A program made the position numbers and the translations under genes. Below are positions 1 to 10,943 of a DNA stretch of 64,000 bases, piece by piece (the first letter of the stretch is position 1; every line of letters starts with the position of its first letter). Location: the NCBI GenBank assembly GCA_963662465.1, contig OY759599.1:6880001-6944000 (forward strand), in the 5' to 3' direction. Below the pieces are notes generated by a model, which worked only from the letters and a program-made list of their open reading frames with translations, was not told the DNA's origin and searched no databases. Source of the stretch: Desulfatiglandales bacterium. GTDB lineage: Bacteria; Desulfobacterota; DSM-4660; Desulfatiglandales; Desulfatiglandaceae.

Positions 1-684
1 GATGCCCTGGGCATGAAAAATTTCCACATCATATCCCTTTTCAACCAAAGCCCGGCGAAGATAGGCGGCGCATTGTTCCGATGCGCCGTCCTCGGTCATG
101 GCCACAAGCGGCTTGTCGGTCCCCGCCAGTAGATCGGACAGCGAAACACCGGCTTGATCCACCATGCCGCAGATGGCCCCTGCCGCCCGGGTTAGAACGT
201 TTTTTACCAGCTTGCCCATCCCGGCGATATCCACGATGGTATTCATCATCATGATATCTCCGGTCCCGAACCATTTACCGGCGTAGGCGGGCATGCCGGC
301 CGCCGAAGAAAGCATGAGTTTGGGAATGCCGAAGGGCAGTTCCCGCATGATCGCCGTGCCCACCGTGGCGGCTCCTGCGCCGCCCATGGCCATGATCCCG
401 TGAAGGCGATTTTGATTTAAAAGATCCTTGACTTGGTGAATCGCCCCTTGGGTCATTAAATCGGTGATCAGCCCGCGGTCGGACAAGGCGCGGATCTCCG
501 CAGTGGTTTTCCCCGCAGCCAAGGCCACCTGGTCGCAGGTAATATCAGCAGCGGAACAGGAATGGTCTCTCGTACTGGTGTCGATGATCAGCACACGGTT
601 TCCCCTGTTGACGATTTCGTTTTTGACATACAGTATCTGTTCCGCTTTGGTATCCAGTGTCCCTACGATGACAACCGTTTTCAT
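1..684 (-). CDS. Tm-1-like ATP-binding domain protein (UPF0261), 3' end runs off the window
   Basis: Not in the ORF track. Manual translation from ATG at 684 (RBS GGAGG) gives MKTVVIVGTLDTKAEQ..., the typical UPF0261 N-terminus, and stays open to the window edge. Confidence 0.85.
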   Translation of the reverse strand, partial: MKTVVIVGTLDTKAEQILYVKNEIVNRGNRVLIIDTSTRDHSCSAADITCDQVALAAGKTTAEIRALSDRGLITDLMTQGAIHQVKDLLNQNRLHGIMAMGGAGAATVGTAIMRELPFGIPKLMLSSAAGMPAYAGKWFGTGDIMMMNTIVDIAGMGKLVKNVLTRAAGAICGMVDQAGVSLSDLLAGTDKPLVAMTEDGASEQCAAYLRRALVEKGYDVEIFHAQGI

Positions 685-731
685 ATGCGAATCCTCCTAA
701 TTTCCGTCGCTGGTGCAAAACATCTCACTTT

Positions 732-1316
732 TCATCCCGACACGGCATCTTCGGCCGTGAGACGATCACAGATTGCCCCAAAGGCGGTTTCGATGAATCC
801 CTCGATCTCATCGAGAACGGCGGCAACGTAATCCGGGTTGTTATGGGCAAATTCATACATCCGGTCGTCATTGGGTACGGCGGCCGTGTCAGCCCAGAGA
901 AACTCCGTTTTTTCCGATAAAAATTCCTGTGGAAGAATGATTTTATTTGTAGCATGAGGGAAAGCGGTGACCAGATCACTTCCAAGCTCTTCCAGCATGG
1001 GGATAACGAGATCCGTTTCATCCACCATCTTTCGGGTTAATCGCTGGGACCGGTGGGTTGAGATATCCAGGCCGCGTTCGGCCATCTTTTCTTGAAGATA
1101 TCCGGACGGCTTTCGATGGAACAGGGGGTCCGGATAGGGAATCCCATGGAAATTGAACCAATCGTTGACCTGAACGCCGATGAATCCCGCAGAGGAAACC
1201 CGGATGATATGGGATTCGGGCCTGTCTTTGCGATCTAGCATCCTCTGGAAAAAGCGGGCTGCGACAACACTCCGCTTGACGTTAAAAATGCACACGAACA
1301 TGATGTTAAGGCTCAT
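732..1316 (-). CDS. Low-molecular-weight phosphatase (LMW-PTP/ArsC fold)-like protein
   Basis: N-terminal FVCIFNVKRS (CX5RS loop), SSAG, GLDISTHRSQRLT. Start placed at MSLNIMF (1316). Confidence 0.75.
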   Translation of the reverse strand: MSLNIMFVCIFNVKRSVVAARFFQRMLDRKDRPESHIIRVSSAGFIGVQVNDWFNFHGIPYPDPLFHRKPSGYLQEKMAERGLDISTHRSQRLTRKMVDETDLVIPMLEELGSDLVTAFPHATNKIILPQEFLSEKTEFLWADTAAVPNDDRMYEFAHNNPDYVAAVLDEIEGFIETAFGAICDRLTAEDAVSG

Positions 1317-1410
1317 TTGCAGTCCCATTTCGCATCCGTGATCCGGAGCGTGTAAATTGGCCGGCGCCACCTGTTTGCCCGGCCGGATAAAAACAGGGAA
1401 GGGCGGTCGG

Positions 1411-2202
1411 CTACCGGGCGGTAACGCCTCCGTCCACAGCTAAAATCTGTCCGGTCATGTAACTGGATGCCTCAGATGCCAGAAACAGTGTCAGACCCTT
1501 GAGCTCAGCTGGGTTTCCCTTACGTCCGAGGGGCACGAAACTGTTGCGTTTCACTTCGAGATTCTTGGTGTTGCCGGGTTTTTGAGTGCGCTCCCGGCTC
1601 AAATCCGTCCCCCCGAACCATCCCGGTGCGATGGCGTTCACGCGGATGTGATCGCTGGCATATTCCAGGGCCGCCTGTTTGGTAAGGCCGACCACGGCGT
1701 GTTTGGCCGCCACATAGTTGGCCCTGGGCTTATGTTCCGGCGCAACGCCCCGGATCCCGGCAACTGATGCGATATTGATGATGTTCCCCGACTGCTGCTC
1801 TACCATCACCCGCAGCTCTTCTCGCATGCAGAAAAAAACGCCGGTAAGATCAATGCCGATCAATCGATTCCAATCCGACGTGGAAATGTCGTGAAACCGG
1901 CAAGGCGGGGTGACAATGCCGGCGTTGTTGATGGCGATATCCAGTCTGCCGTAGGTCGAAAGGGCGGCAGAAACCATGGCGGCGACGTCGTTGGCCGAAG
2001 ATACGTCGCCGACCACGGAGGTTGCTTCATAGCGGAGATCCTTGAATTCCGCCATGGCGCCTTCCAAGGCGGAAACGTCGAAATCGGCGCAAACCACCTT
2101 GGCGCCTGCTTCGGCCAAGGTGGTGGAAAAGAGTTTCCCTAATCCTTTTGCCGCGCCTGTTACCAGGGCGACCTTTCCTTTCAGATCCGACGTGGGGCTC
2201 AT
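1411..2202 (-). CDS. Short-chain dehydrogenase/reductase (SDR)
   Basis: TGAAKGLG, NNAG, YVAAK catalytic motif, IRVNAIAPG, VDGG. Confidence 0.95.
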   Translation of the reverse strand: MSPTSDLKGKVALVTGAAKGLGKLFSTTLAEAGAKVVCADFDVSALEGAMAEFKDLRYEATSVVGDVSSANDVAAMVSAALSTYGRLDIAINNAGIVTPPCRFHDISTSDWNRLIGIDLTGVFFCMREELRVMVEQQSGNIINIASVAGIRGVAPEHKPRANYVAAKHAVVGLTKQAALEYASDHIRVNAIAPGWFGGTDLSRERTQKPGNTKNLEVKRNSFVPLGRKGNPAELKGLTLFLASEASSYMTGQILAVDGGVTAR

Positions 2203-2328
2203 GATGTTTTCCTTTTGTCGATTTTTCAGAGAATTCAGGAGCCGGAATAGAAGGTTGGTGCTTTTTTATATTCTGAATTCCGGCCCCTGACGCCTGAATT
2301 TTTGGGTTGCGGGCGCAACCCGCGTTAG

Positions 2329-3996
2329 TTAGTAAGATCTTCCTTTGAGTTCCCAGTGCTTCTTCAAGCCGTACTTGTCGGCGATGATCTTGTAGCAGTT
2401 ATAGCCGCAGGATCCCCGGATGCCCCCGCCCACGTGGGTGGTGGCCGAACAGAGGAAGAGGTTGTCCACCGGCGTCTGGTACTGACTCAATTCGGGAATC
2501 GGTCGGAACCGACCCATCTGACTCGGGATCATGGCGCCCACGCTCACGGAACTGTTGATAAAGTTGATGTTTTTCCGGCTGGTTTCCATGCAGGTGTCAA
2601 AGTAGCTGTCGATAACATTTTTTTCGGTCATGTTATCGGAATAAATCTGGTACTGTTTCAGCAGTTCCTTGGGAAACTCTCTTCTCATCTCGGCCCATCT
2701 GGCTTCGGAGAAGTATTTCATCTCTCCGGTATACTGCTCGATTTGAACAAGATGCTTTCCTTCGGGCACCCGTGTTTTATCCCAGATAGAGTCCGGACCG
2801 GCGAACCAGCATAACTTTTTGGGAATTCCGTACATGGAGCATTCCAGTTTTTGCCTGTCCGCTATATATTCCACGTCTTTCGGACCGATGAGGGTTCGGG
2901 GCATGGCATTGCAGTCGGGGTTGAAGGCCGCCGCCTTGAACTCGGTTGGCTCGTGCATGGCAAAGGTTCCCCAGAATGCCGCACACATCCGGTCGTAGCG
3001 GATATTCTTGACCTTTCGAACCAGGTTGTAGTCGAATTGGTCTTCTCCGATAAACCGCAGGAGGGTCTGGTTGAGGTCCACGTCGGAAACCACGCACTGT
3101 TTAGCCGTAATTTCATCCCCGTGTACGGTGCGAACACCGGTGGCCTTTCCGTTTTCCACCAGAATTTTTTCGATCTCGTTTTCCACGAAAAATTTTCCGC
3201 CCCTGGACACAAAGGCCCGTTGCATGGCATGGGCAACCGAGTGGGAACCACCCATTACCGTTGCCGGGGGGGTGATGTTCAAGCAGGTCATGATCGTATG
3301 GATTACGTTAAACAATCCCAAAGGGTCTTCCGGCCAGTTTCCGGTGCTGGTTTGAAGGCCCCGCAAAAAATAACACTGCATCTCAGGACTATCGAAAAGT
3401 TCGCGAGCCATCTCGGTACCGCTCATCACCTCCCACCGTGGATCCATACCGGACTCGGGGTCCTGAAGCAGCTGTTCCAGGGCGTCCGGGGTGCCAAATG
3501 GCGTGGGCGGGTTGAACATATAATCGCGATAGGCTTTTTTCCATTTCTTCTCTACCCGTTCGAGAAGATCAAAGGCCGTGTCCGCATCCCTTTGTGAAAA
3601 TCTGGAAATCTCCTTTAAGGTTTTTTCCAGGTTTTCGCTGGATCGGGCGGTTTCACCAGTGTTATGGTCCACCACTTGGTAAACGGGATAGGTGACCAGG
3701 CAGGTTTCATCGTCAAAGATCATGCCCTGGCCCGCTTCGGGGAATATTTGTTTGAGTCCGTATTCTCCGAGGTTGAAATCCTCGTAGCAGGGCGTCGTAT
3801 AAAAACGAACATTGGTTGCGCAGGTGTTGGTGATGAATCCGGGCAACGGCACTTCATCCCCGCACAACCCCCCTCCGATTTCCATGTTTCGTTCAAAAAC
3901 CGCGGTCTGTACACCGGCATCCTGGAGGTAAAGCGCCACCAGTAGCCCGTTTGCGCCGCCTCCGATTACCAATGCGTCATAGCTTTTGTCCGCCAT
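2329..3996 (-). CDS. Phytoene-dehydrogenase-like FAD oxidoreductase (555 aa), copy 1
   Basis: GGGANG dinucleotide motif, ERxxxIGGG, C-terminal TPVDNLFLCSATTHVGGG. Confidence 0.9.
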   Translation of the reverse strand: MADKSYDALVIGGGANGLLVALYLQDAGVQTAVFERNMEIGGGLCGDEVPLPGFITNTCATNVRFYTTPCYEDFNLGEYGLKQIFPEAGQGMIFDDETCLVTYPVYQVVDHNTGETARSSENLEKTLKEISRFSQRDADTAFDLLERVEKKWKKAYRDYMFNPPTPFGTPDALEQLLQDPESGMDPRWEVMSGTEMARELFDSPEMQCYFLRGLQTSTGNWPEDPLGLFNVIHTIMTCLNITPPATVMGGSHSVAHAMQRAFVSRGGKFFVENEIEKILVENGKATGVRTVHGDEITAKQCVVSDVDLNQTLLRFIGEDQFDYNLVRKVKNIRYDRMCAAFWGTFAMHEPTEFKAAAFNPDCNAMPRTLIGPKDVEYIADRQKLECSMYGIPKKLCWFAGPDSIWDKTRVPEGKHLVQIEQYTGEMKYFSEARWAEMRREFPKELLKQYQIYSDNMTEKNVIDSYFDTCMETSRKNINFINSSVSVGAMIPSQMGRFRPIPELSQYQTPVDNLFLCSATTHVGGGIRGSCGYNCYKIIADKYGLKKHWELKGRSY

Positions 3997-4014
3997 CGTG
4001 ATTCCTCCTTAAAA

Positions 4015-4323
4015 TTATGCTGCCTGCTCTTGTAGTTCAGCCTGTTTTTTTTTACCCCTGCGAAACAAAAGACCGAAACCCGAAAATAGAATCCAGGGGC
4101 GGCAACAGACCATCCAAAGTATTTGTCGAAGGTCGCTCGGTTCAATAAAGATTCTCACCTGCCAGTTTACGGGCTCAAGCGTCTCCATGGTCATGAGCAT
4201 GCGGACCGGTTCTTTACCGTCTTCCGACGGGGTCAGGGTTTCCGGTACCATGTCCGTGGTTTCGATTTTGGCCACCTCTGCCAAAAGCAGCGTTCTCCCC
4301 AAGCCTGTTGATCGAATAAGCAT
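4015..4323 (-). CDS. Small hypothetical protein (102 aa) between the two flavoprotein genes, copy 1
   Basis: MLIRSTGLGRT..., RBS AGGGAG, identical protein in copy 2 (26482-26790). Confidence 0.8.
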   Translation of the reverse strand: MLIRSTGLGRTLLLAEVAKIETTDMVPETLTPSEDGKEPVRMLMTMETLEPVNWQVRIFIEPSDLRQILWMVCCRPWILFSGFGLLFRRGKKKQAELQEQAA

Positions 4324-4340
4324 AATGTCTCTCCCTGTGA

Positions 4341-5957
4341 TTAAAAAAGTCCGGCAGCCTTGCCCGGCGCAAAGATTTCGGGTTCCTTCCACCATTTTTC
4401 GATCCCCAGATCTTCCGCAATGGTTTGCGTTGCGCAATAACCGGGACCGTAAGTGATCATTCCGCCGGAATGGGTGCAAGCCCCGCACATGTACAACCCC
4501 TTGATGGGCGTGGAATGCTCCGAGAGGATTTCATTGGGCCGGTAAAATCCCATCTGAAGGGGGGTATAGGCCCCCTGCTTGAAACAGCCCTGTTTCATGT
4601 TCGGGAATTTGTTTTCAATATCCAGCGGCGTACTTAGGTAATCCCATATGATGGTATCGTCGTTAATGTTGGTCGCATACTGGCTCAATTTATTTTTGCA
4701 TCGTTCCGCATGTTCCCGGCGCATCTCGTACCATGCTTCAGCCCCGCCGTTTTCCAGTTTGTAGGGGGCTTCCTGGGTGATGAGTCCTACGGCGCCGCCG
4801 TTCATCACCCGGATGGGGTCATGGACCGAGGGAAAGCAACAGGAAAAACCGGAATCGATGAGCTGGCCCTTCTTGATGGCCTCAAAATGATCGATGAGGT
4901 CCTGATCGCTGTCGTAGCCCAGCACGTAGATCAGCGCATTGTCCAGTTCGGGATTGGATTCCGCGATTTTAAGCCGGGGTCTTTCCTTCAACGCCATGTG
5001 GACATTGAAGTAGCTCCAGTCGGTGTATTTCCAGTTTTTTATGCGTTTCAGCAGGTAGTCATCCAGGTGTTCCGGTCCTACCATGTCGATGAGTGTCTGC
5101 TGGGGGTTCAGGGAGCTGGCCACAAACTTTCCGGCCGTGATTGTGGCGCCGTCCTTTAATGCCACCCCTTTTACCTCGCCGTTTTCGATGATTAAATTTT
5201 GAACGAGCATTCCGGAAAGAATTCTGCCGCCGTTTTCCACAAAGTTCTTGGCCATCAGATGGGTTACGTGATGGGATCCGCCCCGGCAGAGCCTCAGGTG
5301 CCATCCCCGGTTGATGAATAGAGGGACAAGGAATCCCACGCCCTCCAGATCGTAGTCCAAGCCCCACATGGTGGCCAGATAGAGAAACAGTCCCCGCACT
5401 CGTTCGTTTTCGAACAGGTCGTCAACGATTTGCTTCGGCGTCAACCCGGTCATTTCCTCGTCTCGCCGGATGATGGGATTGGCGTTGAGTTTTGCCACCT
5501 GTTCCAGGGGCGGGATGGGATTGACATAGCTGGCCGGCGCCAGAAATAGATCAACGGCTTCCTGGGACCACTGGGCGAACTCCCTGAAGGTCTCCGCGTC
5601 TTTCTCGGAGAATTTGCGAATCGATTCGCAGGTCCGTTCAGGGTCTTTGTACATAGCCAGATGGGTGCCGTCCGAGAAGGGCATGACCACCTGCAGGTCG
5701 GGGTAGATCCATTTTAGGTCGTACCGGGTATCCAGTTCCAAATCCGCGAGAGGCGGGGCATATTCCACCATCATATGGTAGATGGCATGGGTATCGTGGA
5801 GAAACCCCGGAGATGTAACCTGCTCCGTGGCCAACCCCCCGCCGATCTCATAGCGTTTGTCTAGCAAAAGAATTTTCAAACCGGCTTTTGCCAGATAGGT
5901 AGCTACCGTCATTCCGTTGGGTCCTGCGCCGATGATAATCCCGTCATAATCTGCCAT
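4341..5957 (-). CDS. Phytoene-dehydrogenase-like FAD oxidoreductase (538 aa), copy 1
   Basis: GAGPNG motif, C-terminal TPIKGLYMCGACTHSGG. Confidence 0.9.
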   Translation of the reverse strand: MADYDGIIIGAGPNGMTVATYLAKAGLKILLLDKRYEIGGGLATEQVTSPGFLHDTHAIYHMMVEYAPPLADLELDTRYDLKWIYPDLQVVMPFSDGTHLAMYKDPERTCESIRKFSEKDAETFREFAQWSQEAVDLFLAPASYVNPIPPLEQVAKLNANPIIRRDEEMTGLTPKQIVDDLFENERVRGLFLYLATMWGLDYDLEGVGFLVPLFINRGWHLRLCRGGSHHVTHLMAKNFVENGGRILSGMLVQNLIIENGEVKGVALKDGATITAGKFVASSLNPQQTLIDMVGPEHLDDYLLKRIKNWKYTDWSYFNVHMALKERPRLKIAESNPELDNALIYVLGYDSDQDLIDHFEAIKKGQLIDSGFSCCFPSVHDPIRVMNGGAVGLITQEAPYKLENGGAEAWYEMRREHAERCKNKLSQYATNINDDTIIWDYLSTPLDIENKFPNMKQGCFKQGAYTPLQMGFYRPNEILSEHSTPIKGLYMCGACTHSGGMITYGPGYCATQTIAEDLGIEKWWKEPEIFAPGKAAGLF

Positions 5958-6082
5958 GTTTTTATCTCCTATTTAAATACTAATCAAAGCGTGATCGGTT
6001 GATAAATTGTCGTCATATCCCATCTATCTCTTTCATTGTCGATGTGTCGGACAAGGAGCCGAGATATTCGGAACTTCTTTTT

Positions 6083-7522
6083 TTACACAACTCCCCGGGA
6101 AAAGGCGGATACGGCGGCAATTGCCGCTATTTTCTTTTTTTCGAAATGCTCATCTTGTGCCATAAACTGTTTTATATCATCCATAAGGGTGACTTCATTT
6201 TCGATAAAATGGGTCCCCAAATCGCCCGTTATAAAGCGCGGGTTTTCCATGACGGCTTTGTGGAACGCTATATTATTCTTGACTCCGGCGATGACGAATT
6301 CGTAAAGGGCCCGACGCATTCTAATGATGGCTTCATCTCGATCCCTTCCCCATACGACGAGCTTCGATATCATGGAGTCGTAAAAAGGGGGTATGGTGTA
6401 ATGGGTATGGACACCGCTATCCACTCGAATTCCGATCCCTCCGGGGGCCTGATACGCTTTGATCTTGCCCGGTGTGGGAACAAAGTCTTCCAACGGATCC
6501 TCTGCGTTGATGCGGCATTCGATGGCCCATCCGTTCATGGGAACCGCTTCCTGCTTGATGCTGAGGGACAATCCGGAAGCGATCCGTATCTGCTCTTTGA
6601 CGATATCGATTCCGGTAACCATTTCCGTAACCGGATGTTCTACCTGAACCCGGGCATTAACTTCGAGAAAGTAGAAGTTTCCGTCGGAAAATAGGAATTC
6701 TACGGTTCCCGCCCCTTCGTAATTTACCCATTTGGCGGCGTTTACGGCAATCTCTCCAATTTCTTTCCGCAGTTCAGAGGTTACCGCCGGTGAGGGCGCT
6801 TCCTCTATCAGCTTTTGATGTCTCCGCTGAATTGAACATTCACGTTCGCCTAAATGGATGACATTCCCCTTTGAATCTCCCAATATCTGAATTTCAATGT
6901 GACGCGGGTTGTTTAGGTATTTTTCTATATACACATCGCCCAGTCCGAAAGTGGTGGAAGCAATCGCCTGTGAATAACCAAGGGCATCTTGCAATTGATC
7001 ATCGTCCATCACAATGCTCATTCCGATTCCCCCGCCACCACCGGAAGGCTTGATAATCACCGGGTATCCAATGTCGTTGGCCATGCTTCTTGCCTGCTCA
7101 TATTCCGCTACACATTCATCCGTTCCCGGAACCACGGGGACACCCGCTTTCTCCAATTCGCGCCTGGCAGCTATTTTATCACCCAAAAGTTCGATTACTT
7201 TGCTGGAGGGGCCGATGAATTTTATGCCTTCCCGTTCGCAGGCAGCGGCAAATTGTGAATTCTCCGCAAGAAAGCCGTATCCGGGGTGGATCGCATCTGC
7301 GCCGCTTTCCTCGGCGACTTCAAGGATCTTTTGAATGTTGAGGTAGCTGGCCCTTGCCGGTGGCGGACCGATTAAATAGGCTTCATCCGCATATTGGGTA
7401 AAGGATGCATTTTTGTCCGCCTCCGAATAAACGGCAACGGAAGGGATTCCGAGTTCCCTGCAAGCCCGCATGATCCGAATCGCTATTTCTCCACGATTTG
7501 CGATGAGAATTTTGTTGAGCAT
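6083..7522 (-). CDS. Biotin carboxylase (PycA/AccC-like), copy 1
   Basis: [40 protein letters not shown]. Confidence 0.95.
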   Translation of the reverse strand: MLNKILIANRGEIAIRIMRACRELGIPSVAVYSEADKNASFTQYADEAYLIGPPPARASYLNIQKILEVAEESGADAIHPGYGFLAENSQFAAACEREGIKFIGPSSKVIELLGDKIAARRELEKAGVPVVPGTDECVAEYEQARSMANDIGYPVIIKPSGGGGGIGMSIVMDDDQLQDALGYSQAIASTTFGLGDVYIEKYLNNPRHIEIQILGDSKGNVIHLGERECSIQRRHQKLIEEAPSPAVTSELRKEIGEIAVNAAKWVNYEGAGTVEFLFSDGNFYFLEVNARVQVEHPVTEMVTGIDIVKEQIRIASGLSLSIKQEAVPMNGWAIECRINAEDPLEDFVPTPGKIKAYQAPGGIGIRVDSGVHTHYTIPPFYDSMISKLVVWGRDRDEAIIRMRRALYEFVIAGVKNNIAFHKAVMENPRFITGDLGTHFIENEVTLMDDIKQFMAQDEHFEKKKIAAIAAVSAFSRGVV

Positions 7523-7523
7523 T

Positions 7524-9269
7524 TTACGCCACCACCATCAAAATGTCTTCGATGTCGATTGTTTCCCCTTCACTGGTCATGATCTCTTTTACCTCTCCGC
7601 TGTGGGGCGAATTAAAGAGTCTCTTCATTTTCATTGATTCGATCACGACAAGCAAATCGCCTTCCTCTATTTTGTCGCCCACCTTCACTTCGATGGACAG
7701 TATCATTCCCGGCATTTCGGAGATCACCGCGCCGGCAGGCAACGCTTTAGATGCATTGGCGTTATTGGGCGCTTCCGCCGCTTCTATTGCTTTGCCTTTT
7801 CCATCCCCCTTCATCACAGGTGTAACCTTCACGTTGAACACTTCGCCATCAACATCCACACTGTATTCCGCCGGAAATTCGGATGGTGGATTGTAAGGCG
7901 CCGACGTTTTCAGGTCAGGGGGGGAGGCTTTCACGGGCGCTCCCGGCTTAACCGCTTTTCCGGGGATCAGAATCTTTAGCAATAGTTCGTCATCGGAAAG
8001 TTCCGGACCATTTTCTGCGCGTAGCGCCTCGATGGATTTATCGTATCCGTCAGACTCCCAATCAAGAAATTCCTTTCTCCTGGGTAAATTCATTATTTTG
8101 TCCAAAATATTTTGGTCCATGGGCGCAATCAGTTCACCGTAATACCCAAGAGAGTACTTGATAACCTCATCCGTAATCCTTCCATACCGCTTTCCGGAGA
8201 TAACATTCTCCATGGCCTGGACGCCTACGATCTGAGAGAAGGGTGTTCCCATCACCGGATATCCAAGCTCCTTGCGGACCCGTACGATTTCCTCCAGAAT
8301 TTCGTCCAAACGGTCTTCCATTTTTACTTCCCTTAGCTGCCGCGTAAAATTGGTCATCATTCCGCCCGGCACCTGATGTTCAAAATGAAAAAGATCGTAT
8401 TCCGCCGGTACACCCATGGGCAGCCCCTCATTTTCCGCTATTTTTCTGAAATGCCGCGATACCGTTGCGAGTGCATCCTCATCAAGATCCGATGTGAAGC
8501 CCAGACGACGTACATTTTTTAAAACCGTTTCCGCTGAAGGCAAGGAGGTTCCATTGGCGAGAGGCGAGATGGCGGTATGTAATGTTGTGACGCCGAGTTT
8601 AACAGCCTCCAGATAACACAGGGGTGCAAGCCCGGAATTACAATGGGCGTGGAATTCAATGGGGATTCCGTCGCAATTCTTTTGAATCGCGGAAATCAAT
8701 CTACAGGTGGCCTCCGGCGTCAGAAGCCCGCCTCCATCCTCGATCATGATGGCATCCACATAATCTTTAGTTTCTGCAATGAGTCCCGCTTTTCGCCCCC
8801 AATATTCATCGGTGTGAGCCGGACTTAAACTATAGCCTACTGTTGTGATAACGCTGGCGCCTTCGGCTTTGGCGATGCGGGCGAAATAGACGAATCGCTC
8901 CATATTGTCCTGCCAATCGCAAACCCAGAAAGACTTGATTCCGTTGGCAATGGATCGTTTTATCCAAAGCGTAATGATATCTCGGGGCGTACTGAGGTCA
9001 AAAGTTGAGAGACTGCCCGTTTGATAGGATCCTCGAAGAGGTGTTTTTCTAAGCAAACGGGAAAGGACTTTGATTCTTTCCCACGGATCCTCATTGAGAT
9101 TTCGAACAAGTACGGTAAATGCCTGAGAACCGACCGTGGCAATGGCTTTGTATCCGACCTGGTCCATGACCTCTGCAATAGGGGTCACCATGTCCGTCCT
9201 CATCATATAGCCCCAAAGGCTTTGTTGAGCATCGCGCAAAGTTTGATCTACAAAGTTAATCTTGTCCAT
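7524..9269 (-). CDS. PycB/OadA-like carboxyltransferase plus biotin carrier, divergent, copy 1
   Basis: [28 protein letters not shown]-terminal ESMKM biotin motif. Confidence 0.9.
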   Translation of the reverse strand: MDKINFVDQTLRDAQQSLWGYMMRTDMVTPIAEVMDQVGYKAIATVGSQAFTVLVRNLNEDPWERIKVLSRLLRKTPLRGSYQTGSLSTFDLSTPRDIITLWIKRSIANGIKSFWVCDWQDNMERFVYFARIAKAEGASVITTVGYSLSPAHTDEYWGRKAGLIAETKDYVDAIMIEDGGGLLTPEATCRLISAIQKNCDGIPIEFHAHCNSGLAPLCYLEAVKLGVTTLHTAISPLANGTSLPSAETVLKNVRRLGFTSDLDEDALATVSRHFRKIAENEGLPMGVPAEYDLFHFEHQVPGGMMTNFTRQLREVKMEDRLDEILEEIVRVRKELGYPVMGTPFSQIVGVQAMENVISGKRYGRITDEVIKYSLGYYGELIAPMDQNILDKIMNLPRRKEFLDWESDGYDKSIEALRAENGPELSDDELLLKILIPGKAVKPGAPVKASPPDLKTSAPYNPPSEFPAEYSVDVDGEVFNVKVTPVMKGDGKGKAIEAAEAPNNANASKALPAGAVISEMPGMILSIEVKVGDKIEEGDLLVVIESMKMKRLFNSPHSGEVKEIMTSEGETIDIEDILMVVA

Positions 9270-9394
9270 TTCCGTATGGAACCCCTTTCTCTATATCTCT
9301 GCCGCCCGGTTTATATTTGTCGTATTTCTCTTTTTTCATGTTCTTCAGAGATGGTTTTACAAAACTGACAATTCAATCGATTTCTTAATGTGTG

Positions 9395-9459
9395 TTATTG
9401 TTGAACACAACATAATGTAAGCGCGTTATATTGTCAAGCAAAATAATTCGACATGCAAC
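9395..9459 (-). promoter_or_regulatory. Sigma70-type promoter of operon copy 1 with overlapping inverted repeat
   Basis: Minus strand TTGACA (9437-9432)-17 bp-TATGTT (9414-9409). Plus-strand TTATTGTTG-aaca-CAACATAA inverted repeat overlaps the -10. Confidence 0.65.
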
Positions 9460-9544
9460 AAATTTTTGAAAAAAATATATAAGTTGCTAATTTGACAAGT
9501 TGTTTTATTTAAGCCGATCGCTCAAATGAAATTTAAGAGTAGTA

Positions 9545-9690
9545 ATGACTGGGGAGAAGTGCGTCCGGGTAACCGACGATGCCTTGCAGCTACACGGGGG
9601 GACGGGTTTATCAGCGAATGTTATATTGAGCGTTTCTACCGGGACGCAAAAATTGTGGAGATCTATGAGGCCAGAAAGGAAATGGAGAAT
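9545..9690 (+). pseudogene. Acyl-CoA dehydrogenase C-terminal remnant
   Basis: TGEKCVRVTDDALQLHGG, then a frameshift in a G run, then GFISECYIERFYRDAKIVEIYE. Confidence 0.75.
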
Positions 9691-9729
9691 TGTTTTTATT
9701 GTACTATCACCCGATTGTTTTAACACCCT

Positions 9730-10905
9730 TTAATAGTCTGCCAATCCGGAAACGGACGGCAGGAGCTTCCGGTCTTCTGAGATTGATGGCGCGTCGCCTG
9801 TGGTGACTCTGGCACTTCTGCCCCTCTCTCTTCGTGCATCGAAGACCATGGCTGACAGTTCCGAAATGCGTTCCCGCATTCGGTCCGCCTGACCGCAAAT
9901 CGATTCCGTGGCCGCTGCGGCCTCCTCGGCTGTCGCGGCGTTTTGTTGAACCACCTTGTCCATTTCCGCCATTGCGGTATTGAGCTGGCCAACGCCCTGG
10001 GCCTGTTCCGAAGAGGCCGAAGCGATTTCATTGACCAATTCGCCGGCCTTTCCGGAATTGCTGACCACCTGGGCGAAGATCTCTGAGGTCCAATTCACCG
10101 TTTTCGTCCCTTTTTCCACCTTGCGAACCGTCCCATCGATCAACTCTGCCGTGTTTCTCGCCGCCTCGGCTGCGCGCATGGCAAGGTTGCGCACTTCGTC
10201 AGCCACTACGGCGAAGCCTGCGCCTGCCTCGCCGGCCCGGGCCGCCTCAACGGCGGCATTGAGGGCCAACAGGTTGGTTTGGAAGGCGATCTCATCAATG
10301 GTTTTAACGATCTTCTGGGTTTCCTCGCTGGCCCCGGAAATCTCTCCCATGGAAGTATTCAACGCCGCCATGGCACTCTGGGCTTCCTTCACGGCATCAT
10401 TGGTCTCTTTCATCAGCGAGTCTGCCTGACCGGCATTTTCTGAGTTTTTCTGGGTCATGGCAGCCATCTCTTCCAGAGAAGAGGAGGTTTCTTCAATAGA
10501 TGCCGCCTGCTCCGCTGCACCCGTGGCCAAGGTGTTACTGGCCGAGGAGATCTGCTCGGAAGCGTCAACCACTTCGTCGGCGCCTTCACTGATCCCTCTT
10601 ACGGTCCGCTGAATGGGTTGTGCGATTCCTCGGGCCACAATAATGAGATTTACCGTCATGAGTGCCAGACCGCCCAGAGGAAGGATCCCTTTGGTAATCA
10701 GGTCGCAGACGCCCCTTTCTTCGAATTTTCCGGCCAGAGCGCCGAGAAAGCAGAAAACCATGATGCCCGGGCCTAAACGCTGCCACAGGCGAACCACCAT
10801 GGTTTTGCCGTAGATTAGGTACAGCACTCCCCAGAGCAGAAAATAGATGATTGCTAGGACTCCCAGGCCGGAGACAAATATTTCCGTCATTGATGTATTG
10901 GACAT
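9730..10905 (-). CDS. Methyl-accepting chemotaxis protein
   Basis: [34 protein letters not shown] signalling hairpin, N-terminal hydrophobic segments. Confidence 0.95.
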   Translation of the reverse strand: MSNTSMTEIFVSGLGVLAIIYFLLWGVLYLIYGKTMVVRLWQRLGPGIMVFCFLGALAGKFEERGVCDLITKGILPLGGLALMTVNLIIVARGIAQPIQRTVRGISEGADEVVDASEQISSASNTLATGAAEQAASIEETSSSLEEMAAMTQKNSENAGQADSLMKETNDAVKEAQSAMAALNTSMGEISGASEETQKIVKTIDEIAFQTNLLALNAAVEAARAGEAGAGFAVVADEVRNLAMRAAEAARNTAELIDGTVRKVEKGTKTVNWTSEIFAQVVSNSGKAGELVNEIASASSEQAQGVGQLNTAMAEMDKVVQQNAATAEEAAAATESICGQADRMRERISELSAMVFDARRERGRSARVTTGDAPSISEDRKLLPSVSGLADY

Positions 10906-10943
10906 GGAATACTCCTTAGCATATCAAAATTATTCTGAGCCAA

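Larger units (their letters stand above)
2210..9269 (-). repeat. Copy 1 of a 7.06-kb duplicated operon
   Basis: Near-identical to 24677-31736 at a constant offset of 22467. Confidence 0.97.

Noticed and set aside
4324..4488. 157-aa extended form of the small protein in copy 1
   Set aside because: It overlaps the upstream gene; copy 2 and the RBS support the 102-aa start at 4323.
5999..6694. Long antisense ORFs (also 14830-15933, 19799-20671, 49477-50802 and others)
   Set aside because: Shadow frames opposite well-supported genes, with no recognisable motifs.
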